From: Octopus vulgaris
Lineage: Eukaryota
Direction of reading: 5' to 3'
NCBI GenBank assembly: GCA_951406725.2
Contig: OX597814.1
Span: forward strand, 134,664,001 to 134,728,000
DNA length: 64,000 bases
Shown here: positions 23,770 to 36,247 of the stretch, in pieces
Layout: each line of letters opens with the position of its first letter
Numbering within the stretch: the stretch's first letter is position 1
Translations under genes and position numbers: made by a program
Notes under the pieces: model-generated
The model's database searches: none
What the model was told of the DNA's origin: nothing
Seen by the model: only the letters and a program-made list of their open reading frames with translations

Positions 23770-26440
23770 AGCCATTATAAATATACCAGTAACTGGTCGA
23801 CAGGAGGAAAATCAGAAGGTCGAGAGTATGTGTAGATTGTGTTGATAGTCGTGTCTGTGTTGATATAGTAATTATACTGTGATACTGAGTGGATGTTAGA
23901 ACAATCCAACCTTTTGAGGGTAATAACACTGTATGATTGGGGGTTGTACAGTGCTAGATTGAATCATTCTATCGACGACTTTGTAATATAACAATATCTG
24001 TCAGAGAGACAACCATTGTCAACAGACAGATTCAACAGTGGCAAAAGACTGTTTTACAACAGTGGCAATGAGGAAAAACAAATTTATGCATAGTGAAAAA
24101 AACATTCATGCAAAGAGTTTAAACTAATTCATAATTAAATACCCCAACAAAAAAGAAACAAAAATTTTGTGCAAACTTACGAAAATCATAAAATATGGAA
24201 GACTTGTTTTCTGGGATAGTTGAATTGCAAAAACAGCAACGACCACAACAACAACAAAAACCCAAAGAATAGCGAAAACAACAATAAGTATTGCAACTGC
24301 AAATGATACATTTAATGAAGTTGATAACCAATCTGGAGAATATATTTTCATCTGACCACATAGCAAATTCCACAAGCAAATTCAAATATGACCCCGAAGA
24401 AGGAGTAACCTTTGAGGCTTACTTTCGGAGATTTCAACAAATTTTTGAAAGAGAATGTCAGGATTGAATGTCAGTATTGAAAATCAAGAAAGAAAAATGC
24501 ACCTTGTTCAGAAAACTAGTGACAACTGAGCATGAGAAGTATAGTAACTTCATATTGCCAAAAAAAGCATCCAACATAAATTTCACCAACACTGTTAACA
24601 TTTTGTGCAAAATGTTTAGTGAAAATACTAGATGGAAATGTTCAAACATAGAAAAGAGCGAAGATGAAGACTTTAATACTTACACTGGCAGAGTCAACAA
24701 AGGACATGAAAGATTTAGGTTAGATATGCTTACTCCAGATTCTTTCAAGTGTTTGAAGCACAAGGACTGACAGATAGGAGGCTGAAATCTGAATGAATAT
24801 TCTACCAAAACTGAAAATGAACCAGAATTTGACATTGCAGAAACTGTCAGAAGAGTGTGACAGGGTATTAAAATTAAGGCATGACACGGAAGAAATTCAG
24901 TGGAAAGAGTGTTACCATATAAGAACAGTGCAAAAAAGTCAGAAGACAAACTGTTGCAGGAAAAACAGAAAAAATATTAGGATGTAGACCTATGTATGGC
25001 ATGTGGTGGAATGCATATGAAAAAAGGTTGTCCATATAAAAAAGCAAAGTGTTTTCACTGCGGGTTTACAGGACATATAAAATTGCACTGCAAAACTAGA
25101 ATGATAAGAAAATGGAACAAACAATATAAAATAAATAGTTTGTCAGCAGGAAAAAGTTGTGACTACAATAAACAAAATTCATGAATGTGAGAATTGAAAA
25201 TACTAGTGTCAGAATGCAATTAGACACAAGAAGTGATATCACAATCATAAATAAGAAAACATGGGAACAAATGGGTAAACCAAAATTATGTAGTTGAAAC
25301 AAAATAGTGTACAGTGTTACGGGAAGAAAATTATATTTCACAGGTGAACGTGTTTGTAATATAATGTGCAAAGGTCGAACTAAAAAACTGAATGTTTATG
25401 TGTTGAAAAAATCCAGGAATTTAATTGGCACTGAATGTATGGAGAAATTTAATTTATGGGGAACACCAATAAGTGCTTTGTGCAATAGTGTAAATGGAGC
25501 AGTCAAACGATTGAACGAGGTTGATGAACTGAAACAAAAAAAAGTGCTGTGGAATATCGTGTGTGGACTATGAGTAACTTTGGAAGAAATAAAAAGAAAT
25601 GTGAGAAATGACAAATTTATTGATGAGACAAAAAGAAAACTGTGGTTGGCAAAAGGAAATAAAGAAAGATCTGATGCAAAGAATTGCCAAGATAGGAATG
25701 TGTACTCTATATGTGATGGGGTACTAATGTACACTCAGAGGGTGGTCATACCACAGACATTACAGAAGAGAATACTAAAAGACTTCCATGTGGGTCACCC
25801 AGGCATCTCTAGAATGAAAGTGCTGATGTGAAGTTTTGTATACTGGCCAAGCATAGATAAAGAAGTTGAAAACCTGGTAAAAGGCTGCAGAGGATGTGTG
25901 TTGGCAGTGAAACTACCTACCACAAAATGTGAACTTTGACTGGAAGTGAAAATACCATGGTCCCAATTGGATATCAATTTTGCAGGCCTGGTAAATGGAT
26001 ATTATTATTTAATAGCAGTGGACACTTACACAAAATGGCCTGAGGTCATGAGGTGTAAATGACCAACCTCATATATGGTAATAAACTTCTTACTCAAGTT
26101 GTTTGCAAGATTTGATGTACCGGATATAATTGTCTCTGATAACAGAACACAGTTTATATCCTGTGAGTTTAAAAGATTCTACAGAATATTCATGATAGAA
26201 CATAATGTTAGAACAAAATATTCACATTAGAACATAGAACTATAACACCGTATCACCCTACATCGAATAGAAGGGCTGAGTGGTTCACGGACACTTTAAG
26301 AGGGCATTAAAAAAAGCTAATAAGGAAGCCATGGACAAGGTTGCGATCCAACAATTCTTAAGGGATAACAGGGTAATTCTGAATCCAAATGCATCAGAAG
26401 GAAATTTACCAGCAGAATTAATGTTTGCTACAAAGATCCT
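23770..26440 (+). mobile_element. Ty3/Gypsy (Mag-like) LTR retrotransposon relic lacking RT/RNase H
   Basis: LTR end caaca plus PBS-like tggcaatgagga (24063); gag YDPEEGVTFEAYFRR; double CCHC knuckle; protease QLDTRSDITII; integrase HVGHPG..YWP..CRGC, PWSQLDINFAG, VSDNRTQF. Confidence 0.88.
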
Positions 26441-26442
26441 CA

Positions 26443-27735
26443 TTCATCATCATCATTGTTTAACGTCTGCTTTCCATGCTAGCATGGGTTGGACAATTTG
26501 ACTGAGGACTGGCAAACCAGATGGCTGCACTAGGCTCCAATCTGATCTGAAGAGTTTCTACAGCTTGATGCCCTTCCTAACACCAACCACTCTGGGAGTG
26601 TAGTGGGTGCTTTTTATGTGCCACCGGCATGAGGGCCAGTCAGGCTGTACTGGCAACAGCCATGCTCAAATGGTGTTTTTTACGTGCCACCTGCACAGGA
26701 GCAGTCGAGTGGCACTAGCAACGACCTTGCTTGAATGCTTTTTTCACGTGTTACGGGCACAAGTGCCAGTAAGGTGATGCTGGTAACAATCATGCTCCAA
26801 TGGTGCTTTTTACGTGCCACTGGCACGGGAGCCAGTTAGCTCCTCTGGCAACGATCATGCTCGGACGGTGCTCTTAGCACTCCACTAGCATGGATGCCAG
26901 TCATCAAATTTGATTTCAATTTCACTTGCCTCAACAGGTCTTTGCAAGCAGAGATTAGTGCCCAATAAAGGAAAGGTACACATAAGTGGGCTGGTTATAC
27001 CCCTGGCATAGGCCACGAGGTTATGGTCTCACTTGGCTTGCCGGGTCTTCTCAAGCATAGTATATTTCCAAAGGTCTCGGTCACTAGTCATTGCCTCAGT
27101 GAGGCCTAATATTTGAAGGTCGTGCTTCACCACATCATCCCAGGTCTTCCTGGGTCTACCACTTCCACAGGTTCCCTCAACCACTAGGGTGTGGCACTTC
27201 TTCATGCAGCTATCCTCATCCATACATAACACATGACCATACCAGTGCAGTTCTCTCTTGCACATGGCATCTGATGCTTCTTATACCCAACTTTTCTCTC
27301 AGGGCACTTACACTCTGTTGTGTTTGCACACTGACATTACACATCCACCGGAGCATACTGGCTTCATTCCTTGCGAGCTTATGCATGTCCTCAGCAGTCA
27401 CAGCCCATGTTTCACTGCCATGTACCATGGCTGTTCATACACAAGCGTCATACAGTCTACCTTTTACTCTGAGCAAGAGGACCATTGTCACCAGCAGAGG
27501 TAAGAGCTCTCTGAACTTTGCCGAGACTATTCTTATTCTAGCAGATACACTTTCAGCATACCCTCCCCAGCTACTGACTTGGTCACCTAGGTAACAGAAA
27601 CTATCAACTACTTCTAGTTTTTCTCCCTGGAATGTGGTGGAAATTGTTCTCTGCACATTTTCAGTGTTTATTGCTCCTGAGCATCTGCCACATACAGAAA
27701 CTATCTTCCTAGTTAGCCTTCCTTTGATATTGCTG
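26443..27735 (-). mobile_element. 5'-truncated RTE LINE
   Basis: RT C-terminal ORFs 27029-27803 (-), 3' UTR and (CAT)n tail. Confidence 0.9.
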
Positions 27736-27752
27736 TACATATATATATATCG

Positions 27753-29660
27753 CATGGTGTGGGTTATGGTCTTGTCACCTGCATTGTAAATCAGGTAGTT
27801 CATGAAGAAGTCATGCCCAATGACTGGTGTAGCAGCACCATAGTCAACTGCTACAAGGGTAAAGGTGATGCGTTAGATAGAAATAACTATACCAAATTAT
27901 TGGATCAGGTGATGAAAGTTACAGAGAGGGTCATAGCCCAACTAATTAGGGAGAGAGTTAGCCTAAATGAGATGCAGTTTGGTTTTGTGGCAGGCAGAAG
28001 CACCACTGATGCTATATTTCTGGTAAGGCAACTGCAGAAATATCTAGCCAAAAATAAACCCCTGTACTTGGCTTTTGTTGACTTGGAGAAAGCTTTTGAC
28101 AAGGTCTCCTGATCCCTTATCTGGTGGTCAATGCAGAAACTGAGGATAGAAGAGTGTTTGGTAAGAGCTGTACAAGTCCAGTACAGCGATGCTGTCAGTA
28201 AGGTAAGGATTGGTAATGAGTATAGTGAAGAATGCTGAGTAGAAATAGAAGTTCACCAAAGATCAGTCCTCAGGCTCCTCTTATTCATTATAGTCCTCCA
28301 GGTAATAACAGAGGAATTCAAGACAGGCTGCTCCTGGGAGCTCCCCTATGCTGATGACCTTGTGCTAATAGCCGAGTCACTGCCAGAACAAGAGACAAAG
28401 TTTAGGGTGTGAAGTCAAGGTCTAGAATGGAAGGTCCTTTGGGTCAACCTAGTAAAAACCAAAGTTTTAGTAAGTAGGAGGGCTATCAAACCACAATTCC
28501 CTTCAGGTAGATGGCCCTGCTCGATCTGTAGAAAAGGTGTAGGTAGGAACTCCATGCAACATACCCGGAGTAAGCTATGGACATTTAAAAGGTGCAGCAA
28601 TATCAAAGGAATGTTAACCTGTAAAACAGGGGCAGTAAACACTGAAGATGTACAGACAACAGATTCCATTACAGGCCATGGGGAGAAAATAGAAGTAGTT
28701 AATAGCTTCCGCTACCTAGGCAACCAAGTCTGTAGTGGGGGTGGTTGCGCTGGGAGTGTAGCAGCTAGAATAAAAAAAGCCTGGGCAAAGTTCAGGGAAC
28801 TCCTACCTCTACTGGCAACTAAGGGTTCTCTTGCTCAGGATGAAAGGTAGATTGTATGATGCATGTGTGTGAACTGCCATGCTACATGGCAGTGAAACAT
28901 GGGCCATGACTGTTGAGGACATGTGTAGGCTCGAAAGAATTGAAGCTAGATGATCTGCTGGATGTGTAATGTCAGTGTGCAAACACAACAGAGTGTAAGT
29001 GCCCTGAGAGAAAAGTTGGGCATAAGAAGCATCAGATGTTGTGTGCAAGAGAGAACTGCACTGGTATGGTCATGTGTTATGTATGGATGAGGATAGCTGT
29101 GTGAGGAAGTGCCAATCTCTAATTGTGGAAGAAACCTGCGGAAGAGGTAGACCCAGGAGACCTGGGATGAGTTGGTGAAGCATTGGGCCTCACAGAGGCA
29201 ATGTCAGGAGACTGAGACCTTTGGAGGTATGCTGTGATTGAGAAGACCCGACATCTAAAGTGAGATCTCCACCATGCGTGTCTGGCCCAGTTAAGAGTAC
29301 CCCTGATGCATCGTGCAATATATGCTTGAGAAGACCTGTTGAGTCAAATAAAACCAATATTGTAGCTGTGGCCAGTGCACTCTGATTGGCTTCTGTGCCA
29401 ATGGTTTGTAAAAAAACATCATCTGAATGTGGTCGATGCCAGGTCCGCCTGATGGTTCCCATGCTGGTAGCACATAAAAAGCATCATCTGAACATGACCG
29501 ATGCCAGTACCCCCTGACTGACTCTTGTGCCGGTGGCATGTAAAATGTACTATCTGAATGTGATCGATGCCAAACCTACATGACCCGTGTGACTGGCTCC
29601 TGTACTGGTAGCATATAAGAAGCACCCACAACATTCTTGGTGTGGTTGGCATTAGGTAGG
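27753..29660 (+). mobile_element. 5'-truncated degenerate RTE LINE
   Basis: RT motifs QFGF, DLEKAFD, YADD, FRYLG; 3' UTR units. Confidence 0.9.
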
Positions 29661-30100
29661 ACATACATATATTTATATCATTATGTGGTCTTAAAACATC
29701 TCTGAAGTTTATTTTATTTAAAAGATAATTACTCATTGGAGACTAATGGCACTCTAGAATCCCAGATGTATAGGTTCATTATAATTTTTTCTAATGAACC
29801 GTCTGTTATTCTGAAGCATTAATCCTGGCCAGCCCAACTATACAGAGGAAGGTGAAAGTAGAACTCATAAAAGCATAAATTTTCCACACATAGTTACATT
29901 GATGAATTTATTACATTTATCTTTTTTATAGATATATATGGGTGCAGCAAATTCAGTGAAACTGTTCTGTAGAAGCTAAGAGAAAGACAAATTGTTGAAA
30001 AAAGTAATTTTTGTGAATCAAGTGGAATAGATTGAAATATGCAACATGGCATGCTGTAGAGCATATTGGAATGCACCAGTAATTATACAGCTAATCAAGT

Positions 30101-30550
30101 ATCATCATCATCATCATCCTCATCGTTTAACGTCCGCTTTCCATGCTGGCATGGGTTGGACAGTTTGACTGAGAGCCAGCAAGCCAGGAGGCTGCACCAG
30201 GCTCCAGTCTGATTTGGTGATGTTTCTATAGCTGGATGCCCTTCCTAATGTCAACCATTCCAAGAGTGTGGTGGGTGCTTTTTACATGCCACTGGCATGG
30301 GAGTCAGTCAGGCAGCACTGGCATTGGTCACACTAGAATAGTGTTTTTTACATGACACCAGCATAGGTACTAGTCAGGCGGCACTGGCATTGGCCATGAC
30401 TACAATTTCACTCGGTTTAACAGGTTTTCACAAGCATGGCGTATTGCTCAATGACTGAAGGGTGCTTTTAAATGGACCAGTTATGTGACACTGGCATCAG
30501 CCACAACTACAATCTTACTTGGCTTGCTGGGTCTTTTCAAGCATGGCATT
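30101..30550 (-). mobile_element. RTE 3' UTR fragment
   Basis: (CAT)n and family terminus. Confidence 0.85.
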
Positions 30551-30739
30551 TGCATCATTTCAAATTTCAGTTCCAATGGGATATTTTTTAAAGTAATTTT
30601 AACTAGACATGATTGTCACTTTGGTTTATTCACCCATCAGCTATCTTTGTATTTAATCTGGCTTGCCAGCCAATAGATCAATGAGAAATACAAGTTTCTG
30701 CAGGCAGTATTTTATTTTCCCACTTAGCTGGCAAAAATA

Positions 30740-32310
30740 GATACAATGTCTTTACATTCATGTGAGCATATTTCAGCATCATTTGGCACTGGAAATTGGG
30801 ACGGGTAAAATCTTTGCTTGTAACTTGTTTTAAGATTTTATTGGTTGTATTGTCATGTTTGTTCTTTTCATTGACCATTATGACTTAACAATTCACCAAT
30901 TTATTCCCTGAAAAATGCATAAAAAACAGTTCCTATTTGAAGAGATTCTACATTCCTGTTTGCTCACCATCATATTGTTCCTCTTCATTGCATATGTTGT
31001 CCAAGGGTGAAGTTACCCTCTTCACCCAAACAGTCTTTGTGTGGAGTCTTCAACAAATATCTTGTAGTTTTGGGCTTTTTTATCCCTTAGATGATTTCTT
31101 CTTCTTCTTCTCAGTCTGCTTTGCAATTTAAAACTTTAGTAGTATCAATGAGGACTTGTGTTCTCTTAGGTTTTCTCCCATCTTTTCTATTCCTTGGGCC
31201 AGCTTTCACGAAATGATAGAATAAAGAGATATGAGCCTGATAGCCCTGGTTGGCTTAATGTTTTAATACTTAGGATCAGTGGAGCAAGTACTGTGAAACT
31301 GATTGTTGCATCTCTTGATGCAATAGAATTCTCATCAATGTTTAAAGGTGAATCTGTCATATTAAAAGGAAAGAAACTACAATTAGTAACGATATTCCTG
31401 TCTAAAGGATAAGTGTCTGTTAGTCTGATAGACAACTGGATGTGGTAAGGAGTCAAGGCTCAAAGAAATGCCTTCCTATCTAATCCAAAAATTTCATATA
31501 CTGTCATCATTTCCCCCTTGTTTTCCTTCATTCATGCATCAGCTGAAGATTTGTCTGGATTTTGAAAGACCCCTAAATACTTCTTTCAAGGGACTACCCC
31601 TCATGCAAACTGTGTGGGGAAACAATAGCAATACACTTCTATTCTCTTGGCATAGTGAATGACCTTTATGCTGATGGGGCTTTCCTGGTGCAGAGTTAAG
31701 GTGTGCCACAAAATAAATTATGAAAGCAGGAAATTTTTTTGATGTCATCCACCCTAGTCTATAGGCCATGCAAATAGAACATGACAATGTACCATGAAGA
31801 AACTGATCCTTGAAGTAAACTTGAGTCCACATAGCACTGATTTTACATCAAATAGTCACTCAATATCCTTGTTCTGCTGGTACTATGGCTCCAACTTATT
31901 TCCTACCTTTTTTCAGTGATGATTTTTCTTGGCCTCAGCAATGCCTGTCATATATTCACTTTCATTAAGATTCCATGTCTTATCTAGAGTGAACCAACAT
32001 CTCTCAAAAATAGTTTCATAGTTATTACAAAGTTGATCAAATTATGATGATAGAAGCTGGTTTCATGATTGAGTGATGAAATCTCAGTTGTCCTTGATAA
32101 ACAGTCTGCATGCTCCTTCACAAAATTATTCATCCACTCTTTGAATGTACTTTGATTCTCCATTCAAGAATAAAGTAGCCACAAAGCTGATTCACATACT
32201 CAAATGTCAAACTCCTGGCTTCCTTTTGTGCTCAAATGTCTGTGTACATGTGGGTTACTTGGAATATGTTTTACCTAGCCTCTCTCACTATGCTCCAACT
32301 AGTTCCATTC
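30740..32310 (-). pseudogene. Decayed pogo-like (DDE_1) transposase
   Basis: Manual translation: RTTEISSL..TSF, WNLNES, KIITEKG..VGAIVPAEQG, YAKENRSVLLLFPPH, YPLDRNI, KAGPRNRKDGRKPKRTQVLIDT, Cys-rich C-terminus. Confidence 0.72.
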
Positions 32311-32315
32311 AATAA

Positions 32316-35129
32316 TTTAGGGACATATTACTTGAAGCCTCTGACGAAGTAGAAGGGGATAGAGCATCACAGGGGGTAGAAGACAGCTGGACGTTTCTAA
32401 GGGACAACCTGCTGAGAGCCACTGACCAGATCTGTGGCTGGTGCAAAGTCCCCTCTCGACCTAGAATAACGTGGTGGTGGAACAATATTGTAGACAGGGC
32501 TATTAGAGAAAAGAGACAGGCTTGGAAGGTCTGGAAAAATGGGGGTAGCAGGGAATTGTATCAGACTGCCAAAAGAGAAGCTAGGAGACAGGTTTATTTA
32601 GCCAGAGGGGAAGCAGATAAGAAAAAATTTGCCAATGTTCTGCGCCGTGAGGACCAAAGACTGGAGGTGTTTCGTGTTGCAAGACAGTGTGTGAGAGAGA
32701 ATCGTGATGTGGTAGGAGAGAAGTGTGTTCGCATGGAAGATGGTTCACTTGCGCTAAATGAGGATGCAAAGAGAGAGGTTTGGAGATGCCACTATGAAAG
32801 GTTGCTGAATGAAGAAAATGAATGGGATAAAGAGAGTCTGCCGAATGTTGACCCAACAGAGGGACCAGCTATCCGAGTTGATAGTTCTGTGGTAGCTAAG
32901 GCAATTAGAAGCATGAAGACAGGGAAAGCCCCAGGCCCATCAGGAATCACTGCAGAGATGCTCAAAATGTCTGGTAGTGTCGGCTATAGCCTAGTCACCC
33001 ATATAGTTAATCAGGTGATACACAAAGGGGTCATACCCAATGACTGGTGTAGCAGTATAATAGTCAACTGCTACAAAGGTAAAGGTGATGCCCTAGATAC
33101 AAATAACTACAGAGGTATCAAGCTGTTGGACCAGGTGATGAAGGTTACGGAGAGGGTCATAGCCCAACTAATTAGAGAGAGAGTTAGTTTAGATGAGATG
33201 CAGTTTGGGTTTGTGCCAGGGAAAAGTACTACTGATGCTATATTCCTGGTAAGGCAGCTGCAGGAGAAATACCTAGCCAAAGATAAGCCCCTGTACCTGG
33301 CTTTTGTTGACATGGAGAAAGCCTTCGACAGGGTCCCCCGATCCCTTATCTGGTGGGCAATGAGAAAACTAGGGATAGATGAATGGTTAGTGAGAGCTGT
33401 GCGGGCCATGTATAGGGACGCCGCTAGTAGGGTGAGGGTTGGAAATGAGTACAGTGAAGAATTCCGGGTAGAGGTAGGGGTCCACCAAGGCTCAGTACTC
33501 AGCCCCCTCCTATTTATCATAGTCCTCCAGGCAATAACGGAGGAATTCAAGACAGGATGCCCTTGGGAACTCCTCTATGCTGATGACCTTGCTCTAATTG
33601 CTGAGTCGCTATCAGAACTGGAGGAGAAGTTTCAGGTGTGGAAACAAGGATTAGAATCGAAGGGCCTCAGAGTCAATCTAGCTAAAACCAAAGTCGTAAT
33701 CAGTAGGAAGGTAGACAAATCACAAACACCTTCAGGTAGATGGCCCTGCTCGATCTGTAGAAAAGGTGTAGGTAGAAACTCTATAAGATGCACCAAGTGT
33801 AAGCTATGGACACATAAGAGATGCAGCAATGTCAAAGGAAGGCTAACTAGGAAGATGGTTTTTGTATGTGGCAGATGCTCAGGAACAATAAACACTGAAA
33901 ATGCTCTGAGACCAACTTCTGTCACTTTCCAGGGAGAAAAACTAGAAATAGTTGATAGTTTCCGTTACCTAGGTGACCAAGTCAGCAGCGGGGGCGGGTG
34001 TGCTGAAAGTGTAACTGCTAGAGTAAGAATAGCTTGGGCAAAGTTCAGAGAGCTCTTACCTCTGCTGGTGACAAAAGGCCTCTCGCACAGAGTGAAAGGC
34101 AGACTGTATGATGCGTGTGTACGAACAGCCATGCTACATGGCAGTGAAACATGGGCCGTGACTGCTGAGGATATGCGTAAGCTCGCTAGAAATGAAGCCA
34201 GTATGCTCCGATGGATGTGTAATGCCAGTACTCACACTCGGCAGAGTGTAAGTACCTTGAGAGAAAAGCTGGACCTAAGAAGCATCAGTTGTGGTGTGCA
34301 AGAGAGACGTTTGCGCTGGTATGGTCATGTGGCGAGAATGGATGAAGATAGTTGTGTGAAAAAGTGCCACACCCTAGCGGTTGAGGGAACCTGTGGAAGA
34401 GGCAGACCCAGGAAAACCTGGGACGAGGTGGTGAAGCACGACCTTCGAACTTTAGGTCTCACCGAGGAAATGACTAGAGACCGAGACCTCTGGAAGTGTG
34501 CTGTGCGCGAGAAGACCCGGCAGGACAAGTGAGTCCACAACCCGTGGCCTTCTACATGGGATGGAGCCAGCCTACGTATGCATACCTTCCCTTCTTGGGA
34601 CACAAAACTCTACTTGTGAAGACGTGTTGAGTCAAGTGAGGATCAGAATCGAAATCTATCAATGGAAATTGCGGATGTGCTACCAGTGCCGGTGGCATGT
34701 CGAAACTCTGCTTGTGAAGACCCATTGAGGCAAGTGAGGATCAGAATGGAAATCGATCAATGGAAATTGCAGATGTGTTACCAGTGCCGGTGGCATGTAA
34801 GAGAACCTTCCGTTTCGCGACCGTTGCCAGCACCGCCCCGTTTCGTGTTCGTTGCCAGCCTTGCCTGGCCCTCGTGCCGGTGGCACATAAAAAGCACCAT
34901 CCGTTCGTGGCCGTTTGCCAGCTCTGGCTGGCACCAGTGCGGGTGGCACGTAAAAAGCACCCACTACACTCACGGAGTGGTTGGCGTTAGGAAGGGCATC
35001 CAGCCGTAGAAACACTGCCAGATTTGACTGGGCCTGATGAAGCCTTCTGGCTTCACAGACCCCAGCAGAACCGTCCAACCCATGCTAGCATGGAAAACGG
35101 ACGCTAAATGATGATGATGATGATGATGA
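32316..35129 (+). mobile_element. Young 5'-truncated RTE LINE
   Basis: Uninterrupted reading frame from 32316 to the stop at 34532, CpG-rich 3' UTR, (GAT)n tail. Confidence 0.95.
32556..34532 (+). CDS. RTE reverse transcriptase (intact RT, no endonuclease) with an embedded PHD-like finger
   Basis: 658-aa ORF: NYRGIKLL, QFGFVPG, DMEKAFD, GVHQGSVLSP, LYADD, C4HC3 motif, FRYLG. Confidence 0.92.
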   Translation: MYQTAKREARRQVYLARGEADKKKFANVLRREDQRLEVFRVARQCVRENRDVVGEKCVRMEDGSLALNEDAKREVWRCHYERLLNEENEWDKESLPNVDPTEGPAIRVDSSVVAKAIRSMKTGKAPGPSGITAEMLKMSGSVGYSLVTHIVNQVIHKGVIPNDWCSSIIVNCYKGKGDALDTNNYRGIKLLDQVMKVTERVIAQLIRERVSLDEMQFGFVPGKSTTDAIFLVRQLQEKYLAKDKPLYLAFVDMEKAFDRVPRSLIWWAMRKLGIDEWLVRAVRAMYRDAASRVRVGNEYSEEFRVEVGVHQGSVLSPLLFIIVLQAITEEFKTGCPWELLYADDLALIAESLSELEEKFQVWKQGLESKGLRVNLAKTKVVISRKVDKSQTPSGRWPCSICRKGVGRNSIRCTKCKLWTHKRCSNVKGRLTRKMVFVCGRCSGTINTENALRPTSVTFQGEKLEIVDSFRYLGDQVSSGGGCAESVTARVRIAWAKFRELLPLLVTKGLSHRVKGRLYDACVRTAMLHGSETWAVTAEDMRKLARNEASMLRWMCNASTHTRQSVSTLREKLDLRSISCGVQERRLRWYGHVARMDEDSCVKKCHTLAVEGTCGRGRPRKTWDEVVKHDLRTLGLTEEMTRDRDLWKCAVREKTRQDK

Positions 35130-35485
35130 ATGACCTCATCATATGTAATATATACAATACAGAATGAAACTGGCAAATTATCTGCTGTTCCATTTTGATT
35201 AACATAGAAACAATTTATTACAAACTGAATATTTCTTATAAGCGAAAATTTTACTATAAGAGGCTCTCACACGATGGCAGCACAGGTTCTTTATTTCTAT
35301 TTAGAGAGAGGTATTTCAACTTATCCCACTTTTCCCTATCGAGTTTTCCAAAACTATTTCCATTACTGGACATGACAAACTAGCTTCCTTCAATAGCACC
35401 AAGATATAATTGTTTCATGTAATAAAGAGAAAGCATTACATTCCACCGACTCATACGTAGGAACAACTCACAATTAACTTCCCCC

Positions 35486-35583
35486 ATCATTATAAATGTC
35501 AGATATCACAATCCATGTCCACATCTCAAAGTCAACAATTATGATGTGGTCATGGATTGTGATGTTTGACATTTATAAATGAT
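35486..35583 (+). repeat. 98-nt hairpin (~40-bp stem, 17-nt loop)
   Basis: atcattataaatgtcagatatcacaatccatgtccacatc pairs with gatgtggtcatggattgtgatgtttgacatttataaatgat. Confidence 0.85.
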
Positions 35584-35830
35584 TTTCGAAATGGCTTCCC
35601 AAAGACTAGATTTGTTTTTCAGGGTCAAAAACATTTTAGGTTTGATCTGTAACTGACCTACAAAGCTCAGGTGCAACCATATTAGAATACTGATTATACT
35701 TGAGAGACATTGCTGCTGTAACACTTCTTGGACTGCATCCAGGTGAAGGCCATTTGGTTGACTCGACATGCTACAACCATTCTCTCACAAATGCAGTTCT
35801 CTTTCTTTTTCACAACATTCATCTCTAATA

Positions 35831-36247
35831 CTGATTTCAAATTTTAGCACGAGGTCAGCAAGTTTAGGCAAGGGGTAAGTACTTATTTTATTGATCCTGA
35901 AGGGATGAATGCAAAGTCAACCTTGAATGGAATTTGAACTCAGAATGTAAAAACAGATGAAATACTGCTTAGTATTTTGCTGGGCGTGCTAAGGGTGCTG
36001 CCAGCTTGTCACCTTACATTTATCTCTAATATTGGTTTCAAATTTTGGCACAAGGCCACAAAGTTCAAGGGAGGGAGTAAGTCAGTTATATCGACCCCAG
36101 TGCTCTACTGGTAATTATTTTATTGACCCTAAAGGATGAAAGGCAAAGTTGACCTTGGTGGAATTTGAACTCAGAACACAAAGACAAATGAAATTCCATG
36201 AAGCATTTCCCCATGTATGCTAACAATTCTGCTAGCTCACCACCTTA
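35831..36247 (-). mobile_element. Two tandem tRNA-derived SINEs (Nin/Deu-like domain)
   Basis: Copies at 35831-36015 and 36031-36247; the first is flanked by cattYatctctaata direct repeats (35816 and 36016). Confidence 0.82.

Noticed and set aside
35033-35060. CTGATGA followed by a stem-loop in the RTE 3' UTR, as a hammerhead
   Set aside because: No GAAA after the stem; other copies read tggtgcagcc, so this is a private mutation
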